A stretch of DNA of 64,000 nt from an uncultured Actinomycetes bacterium (GTDB taxonomy: Bacteria > Actinomycetota > Thermoleophilia > UBA2241): assembly GCA_963725665.1 (NCBI GenBank), contig CAVRZA010000011.1, forward strand, positions 576,001-640,000, written 5' to 3'. Numbering within the stretch: position 1 is the first letter of the stretch; every line of letters starts with the position of its first letter. Below, one piece after another: positions 54,449 to 64,000 of this stretch. A program made the position numbers and the translations under genes. A model generated the notes under the pieces. It was not told the origin of the DNA, ran no database searches, and saw only the letters and a list, made by a program, of their open reading frames with translations.

Positions 54449-56725
54449 CTAACCGAGGCGGGCGGGGAGCGATTCGTAGGCGGCGAGGAGCTCGTCGACC
54501 GGCAGGTCGACGAGCTCCTCGCCGCCGGACGTGATGCGCAGCCGCCCGCCGGCATCGACGCTGCCGAGCACGGCGAGCGGCACGATGCCCTCGCCGTCGT
54601 CCGCCACCAGGGCGCGCAGCTCGGCGAGCCGCTCGGGGGCGCAGGTGACGACGATGCGCGACGGGCCCTCGCCGAAGAGCGCGATGTCGTCGCGCATCGT
54701 CGTCTCGAGGACGATCGCGGCGCCCCTGGCCGGCGGCGGGGCCGCCGTCTGGGCGCCGCCGGTCACGCCCGAAGCGAGACAACACTCGGCCAGGGCGACG
54801 CCGAGGCCGCCCTCGGCGCAGTCGTGCGCCGACTTCACGGCGCCTGCGGCGATGGCCCGCCGCACGACTCGTTGCAGCGCCTTCTCGAGGGCGAGATCGA
54901 CGTCGGGGACGCGTCCCTCGACGCGCCCGAAGCGGCGCTTCTGGTACTCCGAGCCGTCGACGGCCGCCGTGTCGAGCGGTCCGAGCAAGACGACGGCGTC
55001 GCCGGCATCCTGGAACCGTTGGTCGACGCGTACGCTCACATCGTCGATGACGCCCAGCATGCCGACCATGGGCGTGGGGTAGATGGCGTTGCCGAAGCTC
55101 TCGTTGTAGAAGCTGACGTTGCCGCTCACGACGGGAGTCTCGAGCGCCTCGCACGCCTCGGCCATGCCCTCGACCGCCTGCTCGAAGGTCCAGTACATCT
55201 CGCCCTTCTCGGGGTTGCCGAAGTTGAGGCAGTCAGTGACGGCCACGGGCAGCGCTCCGGCGCATGAGAGGTTACGCGCCGCCTCGGCCACGGCCGCCTT
55301 GGCGCCGCGGTAGGGGTCGAGGTAGCAGTGGCGCCCGTTGCAGTCGTTGACGAAGGCGATGCCCCTCGGCGTGCCCTTGATACGGAGCACGGCGGCGTCG
55401 GAGCCGGGGATCTGCACGGTGTTGGCCTGCACGATGTAGTCGTACTGCTCCCAAGCCCAGCGCTTGCTGGCGATGTTGGGGGCGGCCAGCAGCTCGAGGA
55501 GCGCGGCGCCCAGGTCGCGAGGCGCCGGGTATGCGCCGTCGGTCACCGCCACCGGCTCGTCGGCCAGGTACGGCGGCTTGACCGACGGCGTACGGATCAC
55601 CGGCGCCTCGTCGGCCAGGCGCCGCGCGGGGATGTCGGCCACGCGCTCACCGTGCCAGTAGATGCGCAGCATCTTCGAGTCGGTGACCTCGCCGATCACC
55701 GTGCAGTCGAGGTCCCAGCGGTCGCAGACCTCGCGCACCGCCTCGAGCTGGGCCGGCTCGACGATCGAGAGCATTCTCTCCTGGCTCTCCGAGATCATGA
55801 TCTCCCAGGGTTCCATGTCGGCCTCGCGCAGGGGCACGCGGTCGGCGTGGATATCGAGCCCCACCATGCCCTTGCTGGCCATCTCGGAGGAGGAGGAGGT
55901 GAGCCCGGCGGCGCCGAGGTCCTGCATGCTGACGACGAGGCGCCGATGCAGGAGCTCGAGGCAGGCCTCGATCAGCTTCTTCTCGGTGAACGGATCGCCG
56001 ACCTGCACCGAGGGGCGCTTCTCCTCGAGGGTCTCGTCGAACTCCTGGCTCGCCAGCACCGAGGCGCCGCCGATGCCGTCGCGGCCGGTCTTGGAGCCGA
56101 TGAGCACGACGCGATTGCCGGGTCCGCTGGCGATGGCGCGTACGATCTGGTCGGTGCGCAGCAGACCGGCACTCATCGCGTTCACGAGGCAGTTGCCGGC
56201 GTAGCTCTCCTCGAAGTACACCTCGCCGCCCACCGTGGGGATGCCGAGGCAGTTGCCGTAGAAGGCGATGCCGCCGACAACGCCGTCGAACAGGAAGCGC
56301 TGGCGGACGTTCTCGTCGCCCTCGATCTCGCCGAAGCGCAGGGAGTCGAGGCTGACGCAGGGCCGCGCGCCCATGGTGAAGATGTCGCGCACGATGCCGC
56401 CCACGCCGGTGGCGGCGCCCTGGAACGGCTCGACCGCCGACGGGTGGTTGTGGCTCTCGACCTTCATCGCCACCGCCCAGCCGTCGCCGACGTCGATGAT
56501 GCCGGCGTTCTCGCCCGGTCCCTGCAGGATGCGCGGGCCGCTGGTCGGAAAGCGCTTGAGGATCGGCTTGGAGTGCTTGTAGCTGCAGTGCTCGCTCCAC
56601 ATGAGCGAGTAGATGGCGAGCTCGACATACGTCGGCTCGCCACCCTGGATGCGGCAGATATGCTCGTACTCATCGGGGGTGAGCCCGAGCTTGACGGCGG
56701 CCTCTAACGTGGCCCGCTCGCTCAT
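54449..56725 (-). CDS. purL: FGAM synthase subunit PurL
   Basis: WSEHCSYK, ESHNHPS, QDLGAAG, SESQERM, CLNFGNPE, SGNVSFYN. Confidence 0.97.
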   Translation of the reverse strand: MSERATLEAAVKLGLTPDEYEHICRIQGGEPTYVELAIYSLMWSEHCSYKHSKPILKRFPTSGPRILQGPGENAGIIDVGDGWAVAMKVESHNHPSAVEPFQGAATGVGGIVRDIFTMGARPCVSLDSLRFGEIEGDENVRQRFLFDGVVGGIAFYGNCLGIPTVGGEVYFEESYAGNCLVNAMSAGLLRTDQIVRAIASGPGNRVVLIGSKTGRDGIGGASVLASQEFDETLEEKRPSVQVGDPFTEKKLIEACLELLHRRLVVSMQDLGAAGLTSSSSEMASKGMVGLDIHADRVPLREADMEPWEIMISESQERMLSIVEPAQLEAVREVCDRWDLDCTVIGEVTDSKMLRIYWHGERVADIPARRLADEAPVIRTPSVKPPYLADEPVAVTDGAYPAPRDLGAALLELLAAPNIASKRWAWEQYDYIVQANTVQIPGSDAAVLRIKGTPRGIAFVNDCNGRHCYLDPYRGAKAAVAEAARNLSCAGALPVAVTDCLNFGNPEKGEMYWTFEQAVEGMAEACEALETPVVSGNVSFYNESFGNAIYPTPMVGMLGVIDDVSVRVDQRFQDAGDAVVLLGPLDTAAVDGSEYQKRRFGRVEGRVPDVDLALEKALQRVVRRAIAAGAVKSAHDCAEGGLGVALAECCLASGVTGGAQTAAPPPARGAAIVLETTMRDDIALFGEGPSRIVVTCAPERLAELRALVADDGEGIVPLAVLGSVDAGGRLRITSGGEELVDLPVDELLAAYESLPARLG

Positions 56726-56780
56726 GGCCGCGTCCTTGCCGGCGGCGCCGGCGTGCCGGTCGCCTCTCGCGCCACGCGCT

Positions 56781-57524
56781 TCACGCCCGCACCGTCCGCT
56801 GTGCTCGCTCCACCAGCGCGTCGACCATCGACTGGAAGAAGTGGCGGCCGTCGACGCCTCCGGCGACGGCCGCCTCGACCGAGTTCTCGGGGTGCGGCAT
56901 CATGCCGAACACGTTGTGCGTCTCGTTGCAGACGCCGGCGATACCGTCGAGGGCGCCGTTGGGGCTTGACGAGCCGGCCATCGTGCCGTCGGGTTCGCAG
57001 TAGCGCAGCACGACCTGGCCGTTCGCCTGCATGTGCGTCAGGGTCTCGGGGTCGACGCGGTAGTTGCCCTCGTTGTGCTTGACCACGATGCGCAGCACCT
57101 CGCCCTCGCGGCAGGTCGAGGTGAAGGGCGTGTCGGCGTTCTCGACGCGCAGGTTGACGTAGCGGCAGACGAACTTGAGACCGGTGTTGCGGATCAGCGC
57201 TCCCGGCAGCAGGTGCGCCTCGCAGAGGATCTGGAAGCCGTTGCAGATGCCCAGCACGAGGCCGCCGCCGGCGGCGAAGTCGGCCACGGCCTGCATGATG
57301 GGGCTGAAGCGCGCGATGGCGCCGCAGCGCAGGTAGTCGCCGTACGAGAAGCCGCCCGGCAGGACCACGGCGTCGACGGCGCGCAGATCGGTGTCCTTGT
57401 GCCAGAGGTAGACGGGCTCGGCGGCGGCGAACGTGCCCACAGCGTGGTGGGCGTCGGCGTCGCAGTTGGAGCCGGGAAAGACGACGACGCCGAAGCGGAA
57501 GGGGTGCTCGCTTGTGTCGCTCAC
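56781..57524 (-). CDS. purQ: FGAM synthase glutaminase subunit PurQ
   Basis: FPGSNC, GGFSYGDYLR, GICNGFQIL, MMPHPE. Confidence 0.97.
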   Translation of the reverse strand: MSDTSEHPFRFGVVVFPGSNCDADAHHAVGTFAAAEPVYLWHKDTDLRAVDAVVLPGGFSYGDYLRCGAIARFSPIMQAVADFAAGGGLVLGICNGFQILCEAHLLPGALIRNTGLKFVCRYVNLRVENADTPFTSTCREGEVLRIVVKHNEGNYRVDPETLTHMQANGQVVLRYCEPDGTMAGSSSPNGALDGIAGVCNETHNVFGMMPHPENSVEAAVAGGVDGRHFFQSMVDALVERAQRTVRA

Positions 57525-57597
57525 GGACGTCCTTGGGTCGGGGTCGGGCCGACTCGCTGATTCTTGGAGGCTCGAGTGCGTGACGCGGGCGCGGCGC

Positions 57598-57864
57598 TCA
57601 CCGGTCGTCGATGGCGAAGGTGAAGTCTTCGATGATCGGGTTGGCGAGCAGCTTGCGGCACATGGCGTCGATCTCGGCCCGCGCCGCCTCGGGTTCGGCG
57701 CCGTCGGTCACCTCGAGATCGAGCTCGATGAACTTGCCCACGCGCACCCCGGAGACGCCGTCGAAACCGAGGGCAGGGAGGGAGCGCTCGATGGCCACGC
57801 CTTGGGGATCGAGGATCCCTTTCTTGGGGGTGATGTAGACGCGGACGTGCATCGGCTTGCTCAC
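57598..57864 (-). CDS. purS: FGAM synthase subunit PurS
   Basis: ILDPQG, VRVGK, LLANPIIE; TAGCGT -10 six nt before the GTG. Confidence 0.96.
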   Translation of the reverse strand: MSKPMHVRVYITPKKGILDPQGVAIERSLPALGFDGVSGVRVGKFIELDLEVTDGAEPEAARAEIDAMCRKLLANPIIEDFTFAIDDR

Positions 57865-58018
57865 GTTGTAACGCTACCGGATGGAAGGGACGAAGTCCAC
57901 GCCGAGGGGGCGTTCTGGCGTCCGTTCGACAGCTCGGGGTGAAACGGCAGGGCGAGAGGGCGGCGGGTGCTCCGAAGAGCGCCCGCCGCCCCGCCATGAC
58001 GCCTGCGGCAAGGACATA

Positions 58019-58055
58019 AAGGGGAGGGCCGCCTCGTCGAGGCGGCCCTCCCCTT
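58019..58055 (-). terminator. Intrinsic terminator after the multicopper oxidase gene
   Basis: AAGGGGAGGGCCGCCTC-GTC-GAGGCGGCCCTCCCCTT; TTTAT tail on the minus strand. Confidence 0.85.
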
Positions 58056-58080
58056 CTCGTGCGTGTGCCCTACGTTGGCC

Positions 58081-60054
58081 CTACTTCACGACCATGAACG
58101 GTCGCATCATGTCGTTTTCCTCGTGCTCCAGGATGTGGCAGTGGTACACCCAACTGCCGAAGCTCCCGGTCTTCCAGTTGAAGTCCAGGAGGGACGTCGC
58201 GTTCAGCGTGAACTTGGCCCTCGTCCACGTCACATAGCCCGGCGGGGCCTTCACGGTGTCCTTGTAGCCCATCTCTTCCGGGGCCGGCGGGAACTCAGGC
58301 CCTTCTAGGTAGGGGAACCCGGACGAAAGAGATACCCCGGTAACGTTGGGCTTGGGGTGTAGGGGGTCATTCCGTCCAGACTCGACATAGGCGGCCCAAT
58401 CCGTCTTGTAGTCTTCGACCCCTTCGACTACGTCTTCTGTGCCCTGAACGTCTCGGAACGCCTGCCGCTTCACGACCTGGACCGCCACCAGGTGCGGGTG
58501 CATCGGGTGAGCGTCCACGGTGAGGTTGATCCACCGCCACGTCTCGGTCGTGCCGGCCTTGATGATGTCCGTCGTCGGGTCCGTGAAGTGGTAGCCGTTG
58601 AGCAGCACCTCGCTCGGCACCAACTCCTCAGGGTCGAACCCCGGAACCATAGTCTCCTTGGCCACGACATCCCGCGGCGGAAGACCCGGCGTTGCGGCCA
58701 GACGAGCGACGGCCGGCAGCTTCAGAGCAGCAGGAGCCACGGTAGCGTCGATACCGGCCAGTGGCTGGTTGACCTTGATCTTCATGAGGTCGGTCACAGA
58801 GGGAGCGTCGCCATCCGGATAAGGCTCGTTGGCGTCGTTGGTCATCATGACCACCGGGGTTTCCCCCACCACCGGGCTTTTCGCCAGACGGAAGTCCACG
58901 ATCACGTCGTAGCGCTCGCCGGGGGCGATCAGGAGGCTGGTCTTTGCCACCGGAGCGGGTAGAAGACCACCCTCGGACCCAATGACATAGAAGGTGAGGT
59001 CCTTCACCCCATCATTGAAGTGCAGGTTGTAGAAGCGGGCCTGCGAGCCGTTCAGGAGGCGCAGCCGGTATCTCCTGGGCTCGGCATTCAAGTAGGGATA
59101 GGCCTTGCCGTTGATCACCGGGGTGTCGCCGAAGAACTCCGGAACCCATACCGGGTGAATGGCGCTGATGCCTTCGGTCGGATAGAAGAGCGTGCCATTC
59201 TCATTGACGTCGGGGGTGTCAGGGTCATCGTCGTTGAACTGCTTGTCCTGGATCACCAGCGGCAGGTGGTACTTGCCGTAGCCGGCCGGGACCTTCTGAA
59301 CATGCTTGATCAACTTGCCATACTTGTCCTTGTCGGGGCCGTTGACTGTGATCGTGCTGCCGTTGTCGACGTTGTCGAAGAGCAGGTAGCCCGCGGCCAA
59401 ACCGAGATAGGGCTTGAACCGCGTGGCCCCCATCGTGTGGTCGTGGTACCAGAGCAGCGTCGCCGACTGGTCGTTCATGTAGGTGAAGGTCTTGGTGACG
59501 AAGTCCTCACCATGCTTCCCATCGGCAGTCCACCACTGCATGGGTGTCCCATCGAAGCGCGCCGCGGTGTGCCCGCCGTGGAGGTGTGGGATCGCAGCGC
59601 CCGGGGGCACTGGCGTGACTCCAAACTCATTGACTCCTCCAAACCCCGGCGCGCCGCCGATGGTGGGGTCGATGGCGTTCTTCAGTGGGAAGGCGTCGAG
59701 GGCAGTGGGAAGGTTGTTGACCCATTTGACCACCACGGGCCGGCCCGTTTTCGCCACGATCGTCGGGCCGAGGAGGACGGGGTCCTTCCCGGGCTGTCCG
59801 TAGGTCCAAACGGTAGCCGGACCCAGGCTGGAGTTGAACGTGTGCTGGCTGGCCCGCATGTCGATCACGTAGTAGTCGGCCCACCCCGAGTAGAGCGGGT
59901 TGAACGTCTCCGTTGCCACAGGCGGAACGGGCAGCGCATCTGCCCACTTGGCCATCGGCGGGCTCTGAGCGTAGGCTGGGGCACTTATCCCCATGAGGCC
60001 GACGCCCGTCAACACCGCGATGACGATGGCGAGACTGAGTCTCCTTGGTCTCAT
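58081..60054 (-). CDS. Secreted multicopper oxidase (CotA/bilirubin oxidase-like)
   Basis: Signal peptide ending AYA; HLHGG, WYHDH, HPMHPH, HCHILEHEENDM. Confidence 0.93.
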   Translation of the reverse strand: MRPRRLSLAIVIAVLTGVGLMGISAPAYAQSPPMAKWADALPVPPVATETFNPLYSGWADYYVIDMRASQHTFNSSLGPATVWTYGQPGKDPVLLGPTIVAKTGRPVVVKWVNNLPTALDAFPLKNAIDPTIGGAPGFGGVNEFGVTPVPPGAAIPHLHGGHTAARFDGTPMQWWTADGKHGEDFVTKTFTYMNDQSATLLWYHDHTMGATRFKPYLGLAAGYLLFDNVDNGSTITVNGPDKDKYGKLIKHVQKVPAGYGKYHLPLVIQDKQFNDDDPDTPDVNENGTLFYPTEGISAIHPVWVPEFFGDTPVINGKAYPYLNAEPRRYRLRLLNGSQARFYNLHFNDGVKDLTFYVIGSEGGLLPAPVAKTSLLIAPGERYDVIVDFRLAKSPVVGETPVVMMTNDANEPYPDGDAPSVTDLMKIKVNQPLAGIDATVAPAALKLPAVARLAATPGLPPRDVVAKETMVPGFDPEELVPSEVLLNGYHFTDPTTDIIKAGTTETWRWINLTVDAHPMHPHLVAVQVVKRQAFRDVQGTEDVVEGVEDYKTDWAAYVESGRNDPLHPKPNVTGVSLSSGFPYLEGPEFPPAPEEMGYKDTVKAPPGYVTWTRAKFTLNATSLLDFNWKTGSFGSWVYHCHILEHEENDMMRPFMVVK

Positions 60055-60251
60055 CTTCTCCCCTCTTCCTCTCGCCGACCGGGCGCACCCCATGTGCCCC
60101 GGTCCTCGGTCGGCGAGACAGGGAAAACCTACCAATCAAGTCCGCATTCCAAGTAGACCGTTCTACGTGTCTTCGAGTGGACGGATGTCATACTCGCGCG
60201 CGGGGCTGAGCATGAAGCCGGAGGGACGTTGCCTTAGTTGACAACGAAATC

Positions 60252-60289
60252 GGGGCGGCGCGCTGATCTCTCGATCAGCGCGCCGCCCC
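60252..60289 (-). terminator. Hairpin terminator after the AhpD-like gene
   Basis: 17-bp perfect stem GGGGCGGCGCGCTGATC-TCTC-GATCAGCGCGCCGCCCC. Confidence 0.75.
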
Positions 60290-60353
60290 ACCGAAGCTAC
60301 ACGCTAAGGGTGGGGCCGCGGCCGCTCGGCGGCCGCGGCGCCCGAACACTCCG

Positions 60354-60752
60354 TCAGGCAGCGTGCTTCTCTGCCTGCTTGCGCAGGTGCTCACCGATCT
60401 CGTCGGTCTGGCGGCGGAACTCGCTGATGTCGAACTGCATCCCGTGCAGGTAGGTGCTCCACTTCTGCGTCTCGCTCGCCATCCGGCGCGCCTCCTCCAG
60501 CTGGCCGCTGGTCGACCCCATCATCTCGGTCGCGCTGTGATGGAAGTAGCTGCAGTACGGGCAGTGGATGGCGGCAGCCACCGCGTACCCGATGAGGTGC
60601 TTCTCCCGAGCCGTGAGCTCGGTGTCTCCCAACTGGAACTCTTTGAACGTCTCCCACTCGCGCTCGAGCTGCGCGTCGGGGAGCGGCTTGAAGAACTCCG
60701 GGACTTGTCCCAGGGTCTGCTCGATCTCGGTCTCGACGTCGCGACGACCCAT
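60354..60752 (-). CDS. Carboxymuconolactone decarboxylase / AhpD-like protein
   Basis: LTAREKHLIGYAVA, HCPYC..FH; GAGGAGG RBS. Confidence 0.88.
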   Translation of the reverse strand: MGRRDVETEIEQTLGQVPEFFKPLPDAQLEREWETFKEFQLGDTELTAREKHLIGYAVAAAIHCPYCSYFHHSATEMMGSTSGQLEEARRMASETQKWSTYLHGMQFDISEFRRQTDEIGEHLRKQAEKHAA

Positions 60753-60940
60753 CGTTCCTCCTCTGAGGATTTGCCAGACCTGACCGAACCCGGCTGCGGC
60801 TGTGGAGCCGCCGCCGTGGCTCGTCCTACTCATGCCACGTAGGCTGGCTTGAGTCTTCCGTGAGACGTCGATCGCCTACCCGTTAAGGATCGGCTCGGTT
60901 TGCAGGGACCGTCGGCGGCAGCCTTCGCCGGACGCCAGCG

Positions 60941-62749
60941 TCACGCGCCGACGTAGCGTGTGATGAACTCTACGGTGCGGCGGTCGTAGTCGATGCGGTG
61001 CGCGAAGCCGCTGATCTCGTGCCCCTCGTCGGGGTAGACCACGGCCTCGCACGCGACGTCCCGGGCGCGCACGCGCTCGACGACCTGGCTGATCTGGGTC
61101 GGCGGACAGCGCGGGTCGTTGGCGGCGGCCAGCAGGAGTAGGGGCGCTTTGAGGCAGTCGAGGTGGTTGATGGGCGAGTAGTACTCCAGGCGAGCCCTGT
61201 CCTTCTCGTAGTCGCCCGAGTTCTCGCGGTCCCACCAGCGCAGGTCCTCGCGCACGGCTTGATCGGTCTGGGCGTCGATGAAGTCGAAGAAGGGCACACC
61301 TGCCACACCGCAGCAGAAGAGGTCGGGGAACTGCGTGAGGCAGGCCATCGTCATGAAACCGCCCCAGCTCCTTCCGGTGACGGCGATCCTGGCCGGGTCG
61401 CAGCCCAGCGAGACGAGGAAGGCGTGGGCGCCGGCGCAGTCCTGTACCTCTCCCTGGCCCACGAGGTAGCGGTTGGCGAGCTGCCAGGTGCGGCCGTAGC
61501 CGTCGCTGCCGCGGTAGTTGGGATGGAGAACGACAAACCCGGCGTTGACGAAGGCCTGGCGCAGGGGGTCCCACTCGTTGGAGTGGTGCCACGTGGGACC
61601 GCCGTGGACGATCACGACTGCTCCCCCGTTGGGTTGTTCGGGCTCGCACAGCAGCCCCGGTACGTCGGCGAGGCGATCGAGACTGCGGTAGCGCACATGA
61701 CGTCCCGAGACGAACGGGTAGCCGGCAAGCTCCGCTGGGAGCGAGAAAGTGAGCTGGGTGACGCTACCGTCGTCGAGATCGATCCGGTAGAGATCGTCGG
61801 GGCCGCCGGGGCCGCTGTGGACGACCAGCAGCGCGTCGCCCGTCGGAGTGAACGCGGGCCGATAGTGGTTGCCCGGGCCGACGTCTAGTGAGCGCAGGGC
61901 GCCGGTGGGTATGTCGAGGAGTCGTAGCGACGTCTCGGCTTCGTGATCGGTCAGAAAGGCGACCAGCGTGCCGTCGGGCGAAAGGGCAGGATGATGCGCG
62001 TCGCGGTCGCCCCGCCAGAGCCACGTCACGGCGTCGCGCTGGACGTCGTAGGCGCCGATCGCGGGATGCTCGAAGGGGCCACCCGAGAAGACCAGGCTGC
62101 GTCCGTCGGACGACCAGCAGGGCTGTGACGCCAGGAAGGCGTCGCTGCCGCCGACGGCGCGCAGCGACGCCGATCCGACGTCGAAAACGAAGACCGCCGT
62201 ATCTTGCCCCCTGGTGTCGGACTCGAAGGCCAGCAAGGAGCCGTCGGGTGACCAGAGGGGCGAGTGATCGTTGGCGTAGTGGTCCGTGATGAAGCGGACG
62301 TGCGCGGCCTCGGCCTCCGCTTTGGCCGGCATGAGCGCGGCCTTGTAGCTCTCGCCGTGCTGGGCCGCCAGCGCGATGGTGGACCCGTCGGGGGAGAGGG
62401 AGAAGTCGGGCAGGGGCGAGAAGCCTGGGGAGTCGGGCAGCAGGTTCTCGAGCGCGCCGTCGATGAGTCGGAAGCGGTAGATGTCGTAACACTCACTGCC
62501 CTTGTCGTCGCGCGCGAAGTAGACCGAGGTGCGGTCGGGCGAGAACAAGGGGCAGAGACAGGCGTCGGGCACGTCTACCAGATGCCGCGGCTCGGTCTCG
62601 CCGCGGCTGTCGACGGTGTAGACCTGCCAGTCCCCGTCGCGATACCAGACGAACGCGACCGTCCTGCCGTCGGGAGAGACCGCGAACGGCCTGTAGTCGC
62701 TTTCTACGCGCGGTATCGTCGAAAGCCGTTCGATGAGCTGTCGACTCAC
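60941..62749 (-). CDS. S9 prolyl oligopeptidase family peptidase with beta-propeller
   Basis: SPDG repeats, HGGP, NYRGSDGYG, GRSWGG, NDPRC, DEGH; GGAGG RBS. Confidence 0.92.
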   Translation of the reverse strand: MSRQLIERLSTIPRVESDYRPFAVSPDGRTVAFVWYRDGDWQVYTVDSRGETEPRHLVDVPDACLCPLFSPDRTSVYFARDDKGSECYDIYRFRLIDGALENLLPDSPGFSPLPDFSLSPDGSTIALAAQHGESYKAALMPAKAEAEAAHVRFITDHYANDHSPLWSPDGSLLAFESDTRGQDTAVFVFDVGSASLRAVGGSDAFLASQPCWSSDGRSLVFSGGPFEHPAIGAYDVQRDAVTWLWRGDRDAHHPALSPDGTLVAFLTDHEAETSLRLLDIPTGALRSLDVGPGNHYRPAFTPTGDALLVVHSGPGGPDDLYRIDLDDGSVTQLTFSLPAELAGYPFVSGRHVRYRSLDRLADVPGLLCEPEQPNGGAVVIVHGGPTWHHSNEWDPLRQAFVNAGFVVLHPNYRGSDGYGRTWQLANRYLVGQGEVQDCAGAHAFLVSLGCDPARIAVTGRSWGGFMTMACLTQFPDLFCCGVAGVPFFDFIDAQTDQAVREDLRWWDRENSGDYEKDRARLEYYSPINHLDCLKAPLLLLAAANDPRCPPTQISQVVERVRARDVACEAVVYPDEGHEISGFAHRIDYDRRTVEFITRYVGA

Positions 62750-63111
62750 GTGCCCTCCGTCTGCTCGGCGCACGCCCCTTTGGGCGTGTCTCCCAGCGAC
62801 CAACGATATCCGAGCGTGCGGCCGGGCACCAAGCGCCCCTTCTCTCCACCGTGTGCGTGCCGACCTCCTACCGCGCGCCCGCCGGCCTGCGACTCCGGGT
62901 GGATGACGATCGCGGCGCCGGGGGAGCGGCGCCGCGGGCGGTTCCACCCCAGGTATGACGACAACCCGGGCGCGAGGCTCTAGCATGTGTCGTGCCAAGA
63001 CGATGTGACGCCCGCGGCGCCGCTCCTCCGGCGCCCCGTCATCGGACCACGGCCCCCGTTTCTCCTCTCGCGACCACGATCCACCGGTCGACGTCCAGTG
63101 GAGGTCCATCC

Positions 63112-63840
63112 ATGCCCGCCGCTTCGCGCCCTCAGCGATCGCTCCACCCTGCCCCGCAGCCGTGCCCGTCGGGCGCGGCCTCCTACGATCCCTCCACCCC
63201 CACCCTCCTCGCACGGGCCGGCGCCTCTCTCCCCCAGGGCGCCGGCCCACCCTCCCATCGCAACCGCCTGCCGGCGCTGCTCGACGAGCTCGACGAGCTC
63301 GTCGCCCCACACGCTCGCCTCGCCGTCGAGCAGCTCGGCTATCGAGTGCTGCCGGCGCGCGAGATGTCCTCCGGTCCCGGTGCAGCCGCGCCGATGACAG
63401 ACGGCCTCGCGGCGCGGTTCGTCGGCGCCCATGGACTCGACGCCGTCGCCAGCTGCCGCCTCAAACATCGGATCGGGCTCGCGGAGCGGCAGACCGCCTT
63501 CACGGTCGTCTACGTCGTGCGCGACGAGGTCGTGGCCGCGCTGCATCGGTTGCATCACTGCGCCGACGTGGTCGTTGTTCTGCGGCGCACGGCGGCAGGC
63601 CCGCAATTCCACCACGTGCCGTGGCCATCGCTCTTCGAGCACGCGGGGGTGACGGCGCGCGAGGCCGACGTGCTCGCGCTGCTTTTGGCCCGGCGCACCA
63701 ACGCCGAGATCGCGCAGACACTCGTGGTCTCGCCGGCCACGGTCAGGGCTCACTGCCGCTCCGTCTTCTGCAAGCTCGGCGCCGGCGGTAGGCGCGATCT
63801 CTGGGCGCGCTTCAGTCATCTCGAGGGATGCGTGGCCTGA
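63112..63840 (+). CDS. LuxR-family HTH transcriptional regulator
   Basis: VTAREADVL...TNAEIAQTLVVSPATVRAH...KLG; GGAGG RBS. Confidence 0.8.
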   Translation: MPAASRPQRSLHPAPQPCPSGAASYDPSTPTLLARAGASLPQGAGPPSHRNRLPALLDELDELVAPHARLAVEQLGYRVLPAREMSSGPGAAAPMTDGLAARFVGAHGLDAVASCRLKHRIGLAERQTAFTVVYVVRDEVVAALHRLHHCADVVVVLRRTAAGPQFHHVPWPSLFEHAGVTAREADVLALLLARRTNAEIAQTLVVSPATVRAHCRSVFCKLGAGGRRDLWARFSHLEGCVA

Positions 63841-64000
63841 TGACGGTGATCCTGCAACAGGGCGCCGCGTACCGTGTAGCGCAAGCCCTGGAGTGGTCTG
63901 ACTTCGGCTACGCCGACCGGCTACGGCTGGATGTGGATGGGCATGCCCACGGCGACCAAGGCGAACATGTTCTCGACATCCCACATATGCATGCGGATGC
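63840..64000 (+). CDS. Possible ORF running off the window
   Basis: TGATG overlap with the LuxR stop; frame open to the window end. Confidence 0.3.
   Translation, partial: MTVILQQGAAYRVAQALEWSDFGYADRLRLDVDGHAHGDQGEHVLDIPHMHAD

Overview
GC-rich bacterial chromosome segment, probably Actinomycetota (Thermoleophilia-like; this is inferred from gene content and protein style). About ten genes carry single-base frameshifts, which looks like unpolished long-read assembly. Contents in order: the 3' part of kdpB with no kdpC after it; a cNMP-CBS-DUF294 nucleotidyltransferase gene; kdpE convergent with a short kdpD; a 77-aa membrane peptide; a DEAD-box helicase; a coupled ychF-GNAT-CrtI-like-GNAT-5-oxoprolinase run; the ACT/UPF0210 pair; rlmN; a GalT-like gene; rpmH-rnpA-yidD-yidC-jag without dnaA; nfo; an ECF sigma/anti-sigma pair; a GGDEF gene; tRNA-Glu and tRNA-Lys; an orphan OppA-type protein; and a purine cluster (purSQLF, then purM-PfkB kinase-PurN-like-EhaR-like HAD, then purH). 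It ends with a multicopper oxidase, an AhpD-like protein, an S9 peptidase and a LuxR regulator. The best novel signal is two promoters (1532-1596 on +, 6717-6653 on -) with an identical four-box KdpE-type layout, suggesting the nucleotidyltransferase and the small peptide belong to an extended K+-responsive KdpE regulon. The second is a kinase/phosphatase pair embedded in the purM operon. No CRISPR array, integrase, transposase or rRNA was seen.
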